Source: Methylacidiphilum caldifontis (GTDB taxonomy: Bacteria > Verrucomicrobiota > Verrucomicrobiia > Methylacidiphilales > CAMAQI01). Taken from it: a stretch of 64,000 nt of DNA. Position numbers and translations under genes: made by a program. This document shows, piece by piece, positions 37,396-45,737 of this stretch. The stretch lies in the NCBI GenBank assembly GCA_945877805.1, contig CAMCSM010000004.1:1582-65581 (forward strand), written 5' to 3'. Position 1 is the first letter of the stretch, and each line of letters begins with the position of its first letter. The notes beneath the pieces are model-generated. The model did no database searches. It was not told where the DNA came from and saw only the letters and a program-made list of their open reading frames with translations.

Positions 37396-37884
37396 AACCG
37401 CCAAGTTAAAGACAAAGTTCGCCAAGGTTATAAAATTCTATTTAAACCGCTTATCTTTACTCATTAAAAGGAGTCTCACACTAAAACACAAAGGAAAAGG
37501 CATTCAAAACCAGGTTTAACCTAAAAAAAGCAGTTGGAACCACGGATATCACGGATCACACGGATTTCCAATAATTTAGGGAAATTTGCACGTTCACCTT
37601 TTGGGTGAAGAGAAAAACGGAGATTAATTCTCATAAACTCCTCCATCCGTGGTATCTGTGTTATCCGTGGTTAAATGGATTGCCGAATTTAGGTTTAACC
37701 GCGGATGAACACGGATTTAAAACTTGGCGAATTTTGTCTTTAACTTGGCGGTTAAACATCTCTTTCGCCGCGTCGCTGCGCGAGGCACTCCTCTGTATTT
37801 TGAATGCCTTTTCCTTTGTGACTTTGTGCCTTGGTGTGAGACAGGTATTCAATGTCTTTAAGCTGCGTTAACTGCGGATTAATC
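37396..37884. repeat. About 490-bp gap built entirely of repeat modules, in interleaved inverted order A-B-C / C'-A'-B'
   Basis: A at 37396-37429 is complementary to A' at 37721-37756. B at 37473-37509 is complementary to B' at 37797-37842. C at 37538-37565 is complementary to C' at 37645-37672. Module D (gcgcgaggcactcctctg) lies at 37757-37800. Confidence 0.8.
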
Positions 37885-39030
37885 AAAGAGACGTCGCAGC
37901 TGCCAACGTAGGAGGGAGGTATGATGGGAGACGAAACCGGAAGCGATGAGGGCGATTCCGGCAGCGAGTTGGATAAATCGGGATTCCGTCCATCCGGGAG
38001 TGGGATCGAGGTGAAAGAGATCAGCGGTAAAGACGAGGATGACGACAATCACCCCTGAGCCTATGACCAGAAGTCTCATGACGATCAAGAGAGTGATTTG
38101 GGCGGGGGAAAGAACTTTGAGCCCCATCATTTTATAAGACCATCGACTGAAAAGTTGATTTTGAAGAAAGATCCCAGCGAGAACGAGCAGGAGTCCAGCG
38201 ATGAATTGACATCGTCGAGGCCAACCCCAACCGGGAGTGGGATCGAGACCCAGGAGATCGGCCCCTCCGACAAGGAACATGGTGAGCAATCCGGAGATAA
38301 GAAGAACTGCACGTGTAAACCAAGTGACAACGGCGCGAATCTTTTTTAAGGCCATGCGACCGAATTTTTTCATCAGCCAAATATGAATCGATCGGTCATA
38401 GAGAAGATAGCCAGCGAGAAGAAGTGTGAGTCCTGAGATAAATTGCATTTTTCGGGTATAACCCCAACCGGGAGTCGGATCGATTCCAAGCCAATCGGCA
38501 GCAAGAACAAGAAAAGTGCAGACGATCCCGACAGCGGCAAAGAGGACGCGAGTAAAAATTAAGATAGAGAAAGAGATAGCCCTCCAAAATTCAACACCAC
38601 AGCGACGGGTGATCGATTTCTGAATATTATCGCGCCACCAGTAAATCCAGAGCGTCATCAGCGCAAGCCCAAAAGAAAAAAGGACTCCTTCAATGGGTGA
38701 GGAGAGGTGTTTCGGGTGAGTTGAAGAGAGAAGGAGTTTCAAAAAAAGGAAGAGAGAGAGGATCATTCCAGAAAAAACAGAGGAACGGATTGTGAGATGA
38801 ATATTGAGGAGTAAAGGGGAAAGGAGTCGCGGAAAACCGGTCTGGAGAAAAATTCGTTTCATTTTCCATGAGCCGAGAATGATCGCTTGAACCACGCCGA
38901 TAGAGCCCAGGAGTTGAAGAGCGGTCGCGAGGAATAATTGCGAGGCAGGGGTTCGAAGACTCAGAATCATTGCCCCGATCCCACTGAGAAGGCTGAGGAG
39001 TCGAAAAAGGGTTAAGATTCTATTTCCCAT
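37879..39030 (-). CDS. Polytopic membrane protein with three tandem 79-aa repeats (motif DPTPGW)
   Basis: DPTPGW occurs at residues 184, 263 and 342, exactly 79 aa apart. Each occurrence is flanked by hydrophobic helices (ADWLGIDPTPGWGY.., ADLLGLDPTPGWGW.., ADLFHLDPTPGWTE..). Confidence 0.7.
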   Translation of the reverse strand: MGNRILTLFRLLSLLSGIGAMILSLRTPASQLFLATALQLLGSIGVVQAIILGSWKMKRIFLQTGFPRLLSPLLLNIHLTIRSSVFSGMILSLFLFLKLLLSSTHPKHLSSPIEGVLFSFGLALMTLWIYWWRDNIQKSITRRCGVEFWRAISFSILIFTRVLFAAVGIVCTFLVLAADWLGIDPTPGWGYTRKMQFISGLTLLLAGYLLYDRSIHIWLMKKFGRMALKKIRAVVTWFTRAVLLISGLLTMFLVGGADLLGLDPTPGWGWPRRCQFIAGLLLVLAGIFLQNQLFSRWSYKMMGLKVLSPAQITLLIVMRLLVIGSGVIVVILVFTADLFHLDPTPGWTESRFIQLAAGIALIASGFVSHHTSLLRWQLRRLFD

Positions 39031-39042
39031 AACGACTTAAAA

Positions 39043-39690
39043 CTATTGAGAGGAGGCTGCGGTTGCGAAACTCTCTTCACGAAGAACCTCAATACGGCCC
39101 GTGAGGGAGCTGATTCGAATAATCGCTTTTTGCGGTTTAGTTCCGAGACTTTGGACCCCACATTGAATCCCCCGTCCGATTTTTTTAACGCTATTCAAAG
39201 AGGCTTCTCCTTGGGGTGAGAATTGAATCATTGACTCAAATTGAACCTCTTTTCCCGCAACATTGCGAGTGATCCCTAAAGGGGTTCCTTCAGAGAGGAG
39301 GGAGAAATCTTCGATTTGAGGAATAAACTCTTCATTCAATTTCATGTTTTTAATGATCAGCGGTTTTGCGGTCGGTGTCCAAGTGGAATCATCGTCGCTA
39401 TTTATTTTTTCCTCGCTCGCGGAGGCATCTCCGGTGTAGGTCAGGGAAAGGATCACGAGATCCTGGTCATCCATGGCAATTAAAAGACGAATTAGGTTAC
39501 GGGTCGAGAGCGATTGAGCCTGAGCGAGTTCCAAAGCTCCTGAGAGTTGACTCAGACCTTTTGAGAACTCTTGAGAGCCCTGTCCTGAAAAGGCTTTCAT
39601 TCCGATTCCCATGAGAATCGACATAATTGCTAAAACAACGAGAATTTCGACGAGTGAAAAAGCTCTTTTACTTCGGGGGTAGGGAGTCAT
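39043..39690 (-). CDS. Prepilin-type N-terminal cleavage/methylation domain protein (pseudopilin-like)
   Basis: MTPYPRSKRAFSLVEILVVLAIMSILMGIG is a type IV pilin-like leader plus hydrophobic helix. ATG at 39690. The stop lies 12 nt upstream of the repeat membrane protein. Confidence 0.75.
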   Translation of the reverse strand: MTPYPRSKRAFSLVEILVVLAIMSILMGIGMKAFSGQGSQEFSKGLSQLSGALELAQAQSLSTRNLIRLLIAMDDQDLVILSLTYTGDASASEEKINSDDDSTWTPTAKPLIIKNMKLNEEFIPQIEDFSLLSEGTPLGITRNVAGKEVQFESMIQFSPQGEASLNSVKKIGRGIQCGVQSLGTKPQKAIIRISSLTGRIEVLREESFATAASSQ

Positions 39691-39886
39691 GGTCTCTATT
39701 CTTCCAAACCTCCGAGGAAGAGACAAGCGTTAAGTAAAGGGGAAGGAGACCCGTGTGTCGGACTAAAAAGTTAGGTAATTAACGCGACGTCCTGATTTGT
39801 CCAACGCCTAGGTTGAGTTGTTCTCTGGTATTGAAGGATTTTACGCAAGAATGGATCGTTATTTGAGGGATTAATTTTAGAGGAGA

Positions 39887-41047
39887 TCAGAGCTTTCGGA
39901 GGGATTCCAAAAGACGCATTCCGATGAGGTCGATCATTTCATCATCGGAGTTGGAGAGAAGGGTGACGCTTAGGGGAAGATCTTCCCAGAATCCGACAAA
40001 AGAGCGAAATCCTCCAGCTCCTCCATTTTTCCAAATGATCGTTCCAAAGCGATGCTGACTTTTGTACCAACCGAGTCCGAGTTCTAAGCCCTCTTTCTGT
40101 TTACTTGAAGATTTTAAGGTCAGATGAGTCGCATTCGGAAAAGGAGTACGATCGGGATAGGTCATGGCATTCATATATTTTAAGAGATCGGGAAGAGTGC
40201 TGCTGAGTCCCCCTGCAGCATTAAAAGCGTAGAGAGGGAGCCTGAAGGTCGGTTTTCCATTGCGATGAGGCTGGGCGATGAGATAGGGAGGGGCGGGGGA
40301 GCCTTCACTTCCAAAGAGCATCGATTGAAGGCCGAGGGGATTGAGGATCTCAGAACGAAGAAGCGTGGAATAAGGGCGGCCTCGAAAGCGAGAGAGCGAT
40401 TCTCCGAGGGCGGCAAAGCCGTAGTTCGAGTATTGATACAATCCGATTTTATCCGGTTGGATTGCTGAAAGAGAGTTCCAGAGGGAGTCACTGGAATAAT
40501 GCTCGAACGGATTTTCTCCCTTCTCCTCGGTGGGAAAATTGAGAGGCATTTTAGGGAATCCGGCGGTGTGGGTGGCGAGGTCGATAAGTCGGATCGATTT
40601 CAAATTTAACGGGGTGGAGGAGCCGAGGATTTGATGGAGAAGAGGATCGGGAGGGATCTGTTTTTGATCGATCATCCGGGCGAGCCAAAGTCCGGTAAAG
40701 GTTTGGGTGACGGCACCGATTTCAAAGAGTGTGTTTTCATCGATTTTTCGACCTTTTTCGTCGGCGATTCCGAAGTAGAAGGGGAAGGAGTTCACTCCAT
40801 AAGTGATTCCGATCGCAAGGCCTGGATTTTTTCCGTTTTGATGAAAAACGGTGAAGAGGGGGAGGAGATCGTCCGATTCAATTTTTTGAATGGCGATTTT
40901 TGAAATGGTTTTGAAGGCCTCATTGAGTTGGGAGGCGGTCTTCATCTCCTCTTTTTGATCGATCTGCACGCGAAACATGTAAAAGAGCGTAAAAACGCTG
41001 CCTCCTAGGATCAGGGCATAAATCAAAAAGGAGAGGGCTTTCTTCAT
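39887..41047 (-). CDS. Beta-lactamase/serine-hydrolase-fold protein with a substituted active-site motif
   Basis: Signal or anchor MKKALSFLIYALILGGSVF. LFEIGAVTQTFTG stands where the family normally has LFEIGSxxKxFT. The YSN (LYQYSNYGF) and WKNGGAGGF motifs are present. Confidence 0.7.
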   Translation of the reverse strand: MKKALSFLIYALILGGSVFTLFYMFRVQIDQKEEMKTASQLNEAFKTISKIAIQKIESDDLLPLFTVFHQNGKNPGLAIGITYGVNSFPFYFGIADEKGRKIDENTLFEIGAVTQTFTGLWLARMIDQKQIPPDPLLHQILGSSTPLNLKSIRLIDLATHTAGFPKMPLNFPTEEKGENPFEHYSSDSLWNSLSAIQPDKIGLYQYSNYGFAALGESLSRFRGRPYSTLLRSEILNPLGLQSMLFGSEGSPAPPYLIAQPHRNGKPTFRLPLYAFNAAGGLSSTLPDLLKYMNAMTYPDRTPFPNATHLTLKSSSKQKEGLELGLGWYKSQHRFGTIIWKNGGAGGFRSFVGFWEDLPLSVTLLSNSDDEMIDLIGMRLLESLRKL

Positions 41048-41050
41048 GGA

Positions 41051-41665
41051 TTAAAAGAGAGAGAGGAGTCCTCGTATTAGGGAGAGAACGAGATGGGTCG
41101 ATAAATTGAGTGCAAATTGAAGGGGAGGGAGATTGATGCAGACTAAGATAATCAGAATCCACCACGGTCCGATGCGTTGCTCTAAGGAGTCCGGGAGTTT
41201 AAAAATTGTTTTGCAGAGAGTCCATCCATCCATCGGAGGAAAAGGGAGGAGATTAAAGAATCCGAGGAAGACTGCAAATTGGGCAAACTTTTCAGCCAGG
41301 ATAAGAAGTTCGTGTCCTGCAGGAAGAGCCACCGTGGCAAGCAAAAGCACGATAAAAGCGAGAAGAAAATTGGCGACGGGGCCGGCGAGCGCGACGAGAA
41401 TATCATCGCGTCGTGGATGTTGAAATTGATAGCGATCGACGGGGACAGTTTTTCCAAATCCGAGAGGGGTTCCGCCAAAGCTCACGTTGATGATCGGCAA
41501 GATGACGGAGCCGAAAAGATCGATATGAGAGATCGGATTGAGATTCATTCGGCCTTGATCCTTGGCGGTGTCATCGCCACAGCGATGAGCCATCCATGCG
41601 TGGGCATATTCATGGAGGGTAATGATCGGAAAGAGCATTAAAAGATAAGGTAGTTTTTCGAGCAT
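41051..41665 (-). CDS. M50-family (site-2 protease-like) membrane metalloprotease
   Basis: HEYAHAW (HExxH) in the first TM helix, NLNPISHIDLFGS, and the LLPFPPMDG motif. Confidence 0.8.
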   Translation of the reverse strand: MLEKLPYLLMLFPIITLHEYAHAWMAHRCGDDTAKDQGRMNLNPISHIDLFGSVILPIINVSFGGTPLGFGKTVPVDRYQFQHPRRDDILVALAGPVANFLLAFIVLLLATVALPAGHELLILAEKFAQFAVFLGFFNLLPFPPMDGWTLCKTIFKLPDSLEQRIGPWWILIILVCINLPPLQFALNLSTHLVLSLIRGLLSLF

Positions 41666-41714
41666 AGAGGTTTGACCTTGAGCAGTTCCACTGACAAAGT
41701 GTTGTTACCTATTT

Positions 41715-43055
41715 ATGACAAATACGCAAATTCGCAAGTGGCTTTTATTGCTCCTTTGTTTTTTGATTCCACTTTCCGCAACTCCTGTCGTGGAGTTGGG
41801 GATTGATACCTTGGTTAAATTTAAGTTTAAGGGGCTGGAGGGAAAGCGGGTCGGTTTGTTAACGAATCAAACTGGGGTAAATTCGCGCGGGGTCAGTACG
41901 ATTGATATTCTTAGAAATGCCAAGGAGGTCAATTTGGTGGCCCTCTATTCTCCGGAGCATGGGCTTTATGGGGCAGAATTGGCGGGAGATGCGGTCAGTG
42001 ACACGAAGGATGTTCGTACAGGGCTTCCGGTTTATTCACTGCATGGAGCGACTCGTAAGCCGACCCCAGCAATGATGAAGGGGATTGATGTGCTTCTTTA
42101 CGATTTGCAAGATATTGGATGTCGGAGTTACACATACATTAGTACGATGGGATTAGCGATGGAGGCGGCGGGGGAGGCGGGAGTGGCGTTTTATGTCTTG
42201 GATCGTCCGAATCCATTAGGGGGGAATCGCGTTGAGGGAATGCCTCTGGATCCTGCCTTTCGTTCATTTGTGGGGCAGTGGAACATTCCGTACGTTTACG
42301 GGCTGACTCCTGGGGAACTGGCGCAGATGATTGTTAAAGAGAAATGGATTACAAAAGCACCGAAGCTTGTGATCGTCCCGATGGGAGGATGGAATCGGGA
42401 GATGGTCTGGTCGGAGACAGGGTTGGTTTGGGTTCCGACCTCTCCGCATATTCCGATGGCGGAAAGCTGCTTTCACTATGTGATTACCGGGCTGATTGGA
42501 GAGCTTGCTTTAGTGAGTACCGGAGTCGGTTATACGCAGCCGTTTATGTTAATCGGACATCCCTCCTTTAATTCCTTTGAATGGGCAGATCGATTGAATG
42601 GGAAAAGGCTTTCAGGGGTCACTTTTCGTCCTGCTTTTTATAAACCGTTTTACGGGAGCTTAAAAGGTCAGATGTGTCAGGGAGTTCAGATGCATTTTTG
42701 GGATTTTTCAAAGGCAAATTTAATGCAGATTTCAATGAATTTAATGCAGGAGATTCGAGCGCGATTTGGGCCGACGATATACCAAGGCATTGTCGCCGAT
42801 AAGATTTCGCTTTATGATAAAGTCTGTGGCGGGAACTCCCTTCGCAATCATTTTACAAAGGGGGGGAGCGCTCAGGAAATTATGGCAACATGGGAGCCCT
42901 CCTTGCAGGCCTTTCGCGAGCTTCGTAAAAAATATTTGATTTATCCGCTTCCCATCGCATCCTCCCTTCCAACGACAGGAACGGAGAGGAGTCTCTCGAA
43001 TCCTGTGAGTAAAACTCCGATCCCTCCGAAGCCCCAGAAAAAGGAAAAACCGTGA
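41715..43055 (+). CDS. DUF1343 protein (NamZ-type exo-beta-N-acetylmuramidase family)
   Basis: GKRVGLLTNQTGVNS, LYSPEHGLYG, TGLPVYSLHG, GIDVLLYDLQDIGCRSYTYISTM and VLDRPNPLGG match the DUF1343 family. A signal peptide is present. Confidence 0.8.
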   Translation: MTNTQIRKWLLLLLCFLIPLSATPVVELGIDTLVKFKFKGLEGKRVGLLTNQTGVNSRGVSTIDILRNAKEVNLVALYSPEHGLYGAELAGDAVSDTKDVRTGLPVYSLHGATRKPTPAMMKGIDVLLYDLQDIGCRSYTYISTMGLAMEAAGEAGVAFYVLDRPNPLGGNRVEGMPLDPAFRSFVGQWNIPYVYGLTPGELAQMIVKEKWITKAPKLVIVPMGGWNREMVWSETGLVWVPTSPHIPMAESCFHYVITGLIGELALVSTGVGYTQPFMLIGHPSFNSFEWADRLNGKRLSGVTFRPAFYKPFYGSLKGQMCQGVQMHFWDFSKANLMQISMNLMQEIRARFGPTIYQGIVADKISLYDKVCGGNSLRNHFTKGGSAQEIMATWEPSLQAFRELRKKYLIYPLPIASSLPTTGTERSLSNPVSKTPIPPKPQKKEKP

Positions 43056-43414
43056 TACAAGTAGTTTTTAATGAAGCGAGCTCAACCGATCTCACCGTGC
43101 TTCCGAAGCTGACGCAGCTCGAAATTGTGAGCGAGTTCCAAAGTTTAGTTCAAAATCTCGATCAGTTGGATCCGGATCGATTTGGGCGACTGACCCGTGA
43201 GGGACAGGAGCTTTACCGTTTTCGAACCAAAGAGTATCGAATCTATTTTGAAAAAACCGGGGATGGGGTCAAAATTCACCGAATTATCAACAAGAACTCT
43301 TTGAAAGACTTTCTTTTCCGGTCAAATTTGCCGACGGTTGAGGATGAAGAGTTACAGAAAAATCCGGCCTTCTGGGAGTTAATCGATCAGAAGAAGCCAA
43401 ATAAAACCGCATGA
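43052..43414 (+). CDS. RelE/ParE-fold-like small protein (tentative)
   Basis: LYRFRTKEYRIYFEKTGDGVKIHRIINKN resembles the RelE/ParE core pattern (xRxRxGdYRiiY...v.i..i.hR). Its GTGA start overlaps the upstream stop and its stop overlaps the downstream ATGA. Confidence 0.45.
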   Translation: MIQVVFNEASSTDLTVLPKLTQLEIVSEFQSLVQNLDQLDPDRFGRLTREGQELYRFRTKEYRIYFEKTGDGVKIHRIINKNSLKDFLFRSNLPTVEDEELQKNPAFWELIDQKKPNKTA

Positions 43415-44409
43415 GTCGTCGACGAACGAGTCCAATTGATCGAATTCGATCGAATTGGGGCCGTCTCTGGGGAGAGCCGATTGGATGGGTCTGGCTCTCT
43501 GCCTTTTTGCTTCATCTGGTCGCGCTTTTTTGCGTTCAAGATTTTGTGCTATTCAAAGGGATGAGCGCGCACGAGCATGGGCTCTTTATTGTTCAAAGCA
43601 TGCGGTTTCCTACAGTAGAGAAGAGCCCTATCAATTTAAATCCCCCTCGGGAGGTTGAGATTTCAACCGAGATCGTTCCTTCAAATCAAAAAATCAATAC
43701 CACGGCACCGGAGAAGAAAAAGGAGGAGGGTAAAATGGTGGAGGTTCCTCAATGGAACCCGCTCGCAAAGTTATCGGGACCGGCTCCAAATCCAGACTCA
43801 AAAGAGGAGGGAGAGGTGACAACGGGGGTTCCGGGAGTGAAGATTTGGGAGTTGAAGAGTGCGGTTAAAAAAGTCATTTTTTTAATCGATGTTTCAGGGA
43901 CGATGTGGAATGAGATTGAGGGAAAGTGCGGCTTTGAAATCGCTCAAGAGGAGGTGATTCGTTCGATCAAATGGATGCCTCCAGAGATGGTTTTTAATGT
44001 GATCTATTATTCCGATGCCACTTCGATGATGTCACCGACACTTGTTTCGGCGACAGCGGAAAATAAAGAGTTGGCGCGACGCTTTTTAAGGCAGAAGCCG
44101 ATGTTGAGTGGTGCGACCGATTTTTTTAAGGGGATTAAGGCGGCGTTTGAGCAGCGTCCAGAGGCGATTTTTATTTTTACCGACGGGGAGATGGATCTTC
44201 CCCGATGGAAAATTCCAAGTCTTATGGATTCGTTAAAGGAACGAGCGGGGGTCTCAATTCCTGTTTTTGGGGTCGGGTTTTTTTACGAGAAAAATCAGGA
44301 GTCGTTAGATGTTTTACAGAAGATCTGCTTTACAACGGGGGGAGATTTTAAGCTCTATTTTTACTATTCAGCTCCTGTTAAAACGGAGAAAAAACGAAAT
44401 CCACCTTAA
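43411..44409 (+). CDS. Membrane-anchored von Willebrand factor type A domain protein
   Basis: N-terminal TM helix (IGWVWLSAFLLHLVALFCV). C-terminal vWA domain with a MIDAS-like motif, VIFLIDVSGTM...FTDGE. Confidence 0.7.
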   Translation: MSRRRTSPIDRIRSNWGRLWGEPIGWVWLSAFLLHLVALFCVQDFVLFKGMSAHEHGLFIVQSMRFPTVEKSPINLNPPREVEISTEIVPSNQKINTTAPEKKKEEGKMVEVPQWNPLAKLSGPAPNPDSKEEGEVTTGVPGVKIWELKSAVKKVIFLIDVSGTMWNEIEGKCGFEIAQEEVIRSIKWMPPEMVFNVIYYSDATSMMSPTLVSATAENKELARRFLRQKPMLSGATDFFKGIKAAFEQRPEAIFIFTDGEMDLPRWKIPSLMDSLKERAGVSIPVFGVGFFYEKNQESLDVLQKICFTTGGDFKLYFYYSAPVKTEKKRNPP

Positions 44410-44413
44410 ATAA

Positions 44414-44459
44414 AAAAACAGTGAATTTAGCCACAGAGAACGCAGAGAACTCAAAAATG
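44414..44459 (+). repeat. Module M1
   Basis: aaaaacagtgaatttagccacagagaacgcagagaactcaaaaatg. It starts 5 nt after the vWA gene stop and matches 27666-27710. Confidence 0.85.
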
Positions 44460-44530
44460 AAAACGGAGGAGATTCCTCTCTCAAATACGCATAGACGTCA
44501 ACCTAAGGATAACAAACCAAATACAATTTT

Positions 44531-44660
44531 TACCGCAGGGTAAACGGAGGGCAGCAGAGGAAAATTCAATTTACTATTTATTTAAAAACCAACATACCTG
44601 CCTTTTTTCCCAATTAAAAATAATCATAACCTCCGTTGTCCTCCGTTTACCCAGCGGTGA
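44531..44660. repeat. Inverted-arm element (about 30-bp arms, 69-bp AT-rich spacer)
   Basis: taccgcagggtaaacggagggcagcagagg (44531-44560) against cctccgttgtcctccgtttacccagcggtga (44630-44660). They are complementary apart from 4 mismatches and 1 indel. Confidence 0.75.
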
Positions 44661-44676
44661 AACTGTCTTTCTCTGC

Positions 44677-44710
44677 GTCTCTGCGCGAGGCACTCCCCTG
44701 AATTTGAAAT
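44677..44710 (+). repeat. Module D (ctctgcgtctctgcgcgaggcactccYctg)
   Basis: Related copies at 37757-37800 and 45789-45836. Partial copies at 51526-51545 and 54566-54614. Confidence 0.8.
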
Positions 44711-44785
44711 TAATTTAGGCTATTCAGCTATTAGGCTATCCCGCGCCCCTTGACGACTCCCCCTCTTCTCTCCCACGGAGAGAAA

Positions 44786-45079
44786 ATGAATCTTTCCAAT
44801 AAACTCTATCATCTTTTTGAAAGTCCTAAGCTTTTTGGCTCTTTAAAAGAGGAGGGCCGAGAGCTCGGAGGGAATTTGCCTATGATCGCACCTCTTCTCT
44901 CGACCGTTCCCAAAAAAAGAGCGCCGCGAAAAAAATCAGCACCTCGAAAAAAGAAAACGGAGGGGCATTGCTGCTGTTCACTTCCGGATCTACCCGAGAA
45001 GAACCTAAAATCGGATCCCTTTGAGATTAAAAGATCTCAAAAATTACAAATAAACATCAATAAAGAGGAAAATATATGA
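44786..45079 (+). CDS. Hypothetical protein (Lys/Arg-rich centre, CCC motif)
   Basis: GGAGA lies 5 nt upstream of the ATG at 44786. The protein contains KKRAPRKKSAPRKKK and GHCCCSLPDLP. No family recognised. The stop overlaps the next start (ATGA). Confidence 0.55.
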   Translation: MNLSNKLYHLFESPKLFGSLKEEGRELGGNLPMIAPLLSTVPKKRAPRKKSAPRKKKTEGHCCCSLPDLPEKNLKSDPFEIKRSQKLQININKEENI

Positions 45080-45543
45080 GTAAAACGCAAATAGCGATTC
45101 AGGGAGGGCTCATGATGGAGGCGATCGAAATGGTGGGTAAGGCGACCACATTAAGCGCTTCTGAAATGGAGGCCGAAAAGAAGGAAAAACTAGGGAACGC
45201 AATCGATCATGCGATCCATGGCGGTACACGAGAAAAAACTGCGGCAACTCTCGATGGAATCCGTCAAGGATTCGGTCTTTCGATTGCGAATGGAGTCGAA
45301 AGAGCCCATGAGGCACTGGCGACCGTTCGTCACGATGCCATGGAGAGTAAGGCCTATGCGATCGCAAAAGGAGTGGTGAATGTCCCCGCGCAAATCATGA
45401 GAGGGATGGTGGTGGATACCACCATGGATGTGGCTCAGATTGCGGGGAGTAAAATCGCAAGCTCGCTTCCCGATCTTCCGACTCACACCAAAGAGATCCG
45501 TTCTAAAGAGATCCACGATCGTCCCCCCTCGCGGGAGCGCTAA
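45076..45543 (+). CDS. Hypothetical protein (Ala/Gly-rich, probably helical)
   Basis: 155-aa ORF translationally coupled to the upstream ORF and followed by a terminator. No motif recognised. Confidence 0.55.
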   Translation: MSKTQIAIQGGLMMEAIEMVGKATTLSASEMEAEKKEKLGNAIDHAIHGGTREKTAATLDGIRQGFGLSIANGVERAHEALATVRHDAMESKAYAIAKGVVNVPAQIMRGMVVDTTMDVAQIAGSKIASSLPDLPTHTKEIRSKEIHDRPPSRER

Positions 45544-45550
45544 GGCAGTC

Positions 45551-45590
45551 AACGGAGGGAGACCTTTCGGCTCTTCCTCCGTTCGGTTTT
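45551..45590 (+). terminator. Rho-independent terminator
   Basis: aacggagggagacc-tttc-ggctcttcctccgtt stem-loop followed by cggtttt. It lies 8 nt after the stop. Confidence 0.75.
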
Positions 45591-45737
45591 GGATAGCGTT
45601 TGGGCCTGCAATAAGTCGAGAAGGAGAAAGAGAGGCTAATCGGCTGATCCACCTTCGTCCCGTACTGCGGGACTACGGCGGACTAAGCGTAGACTGTGGG
45701 GTTGATGGGGTGGTGAGGGGTGGTAAGAAGGCTACTA

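Noticed and set aside
37605-37871. 88-aa ORF, and similar ORFs at 51395..51724, 45428..45742, 63616..63987, 56318..56515 and 1401..1622
   Set aside because: All lie wholly within repeat-module DNA and share peptide strings (LTWRLN, SASLREALL, SVHPWF) that mirror the DNA repeats. No start context or conservation argument supports them.
45688-45713. G-quadruplex motif (ggggttgatggggtggtgaggggtgg)
   Set aside because: There are only three GGGG runs plus GG doublets. It fits the general 9-10-nt word-stutter pattern of the repeats better than a dedicated G4 element.
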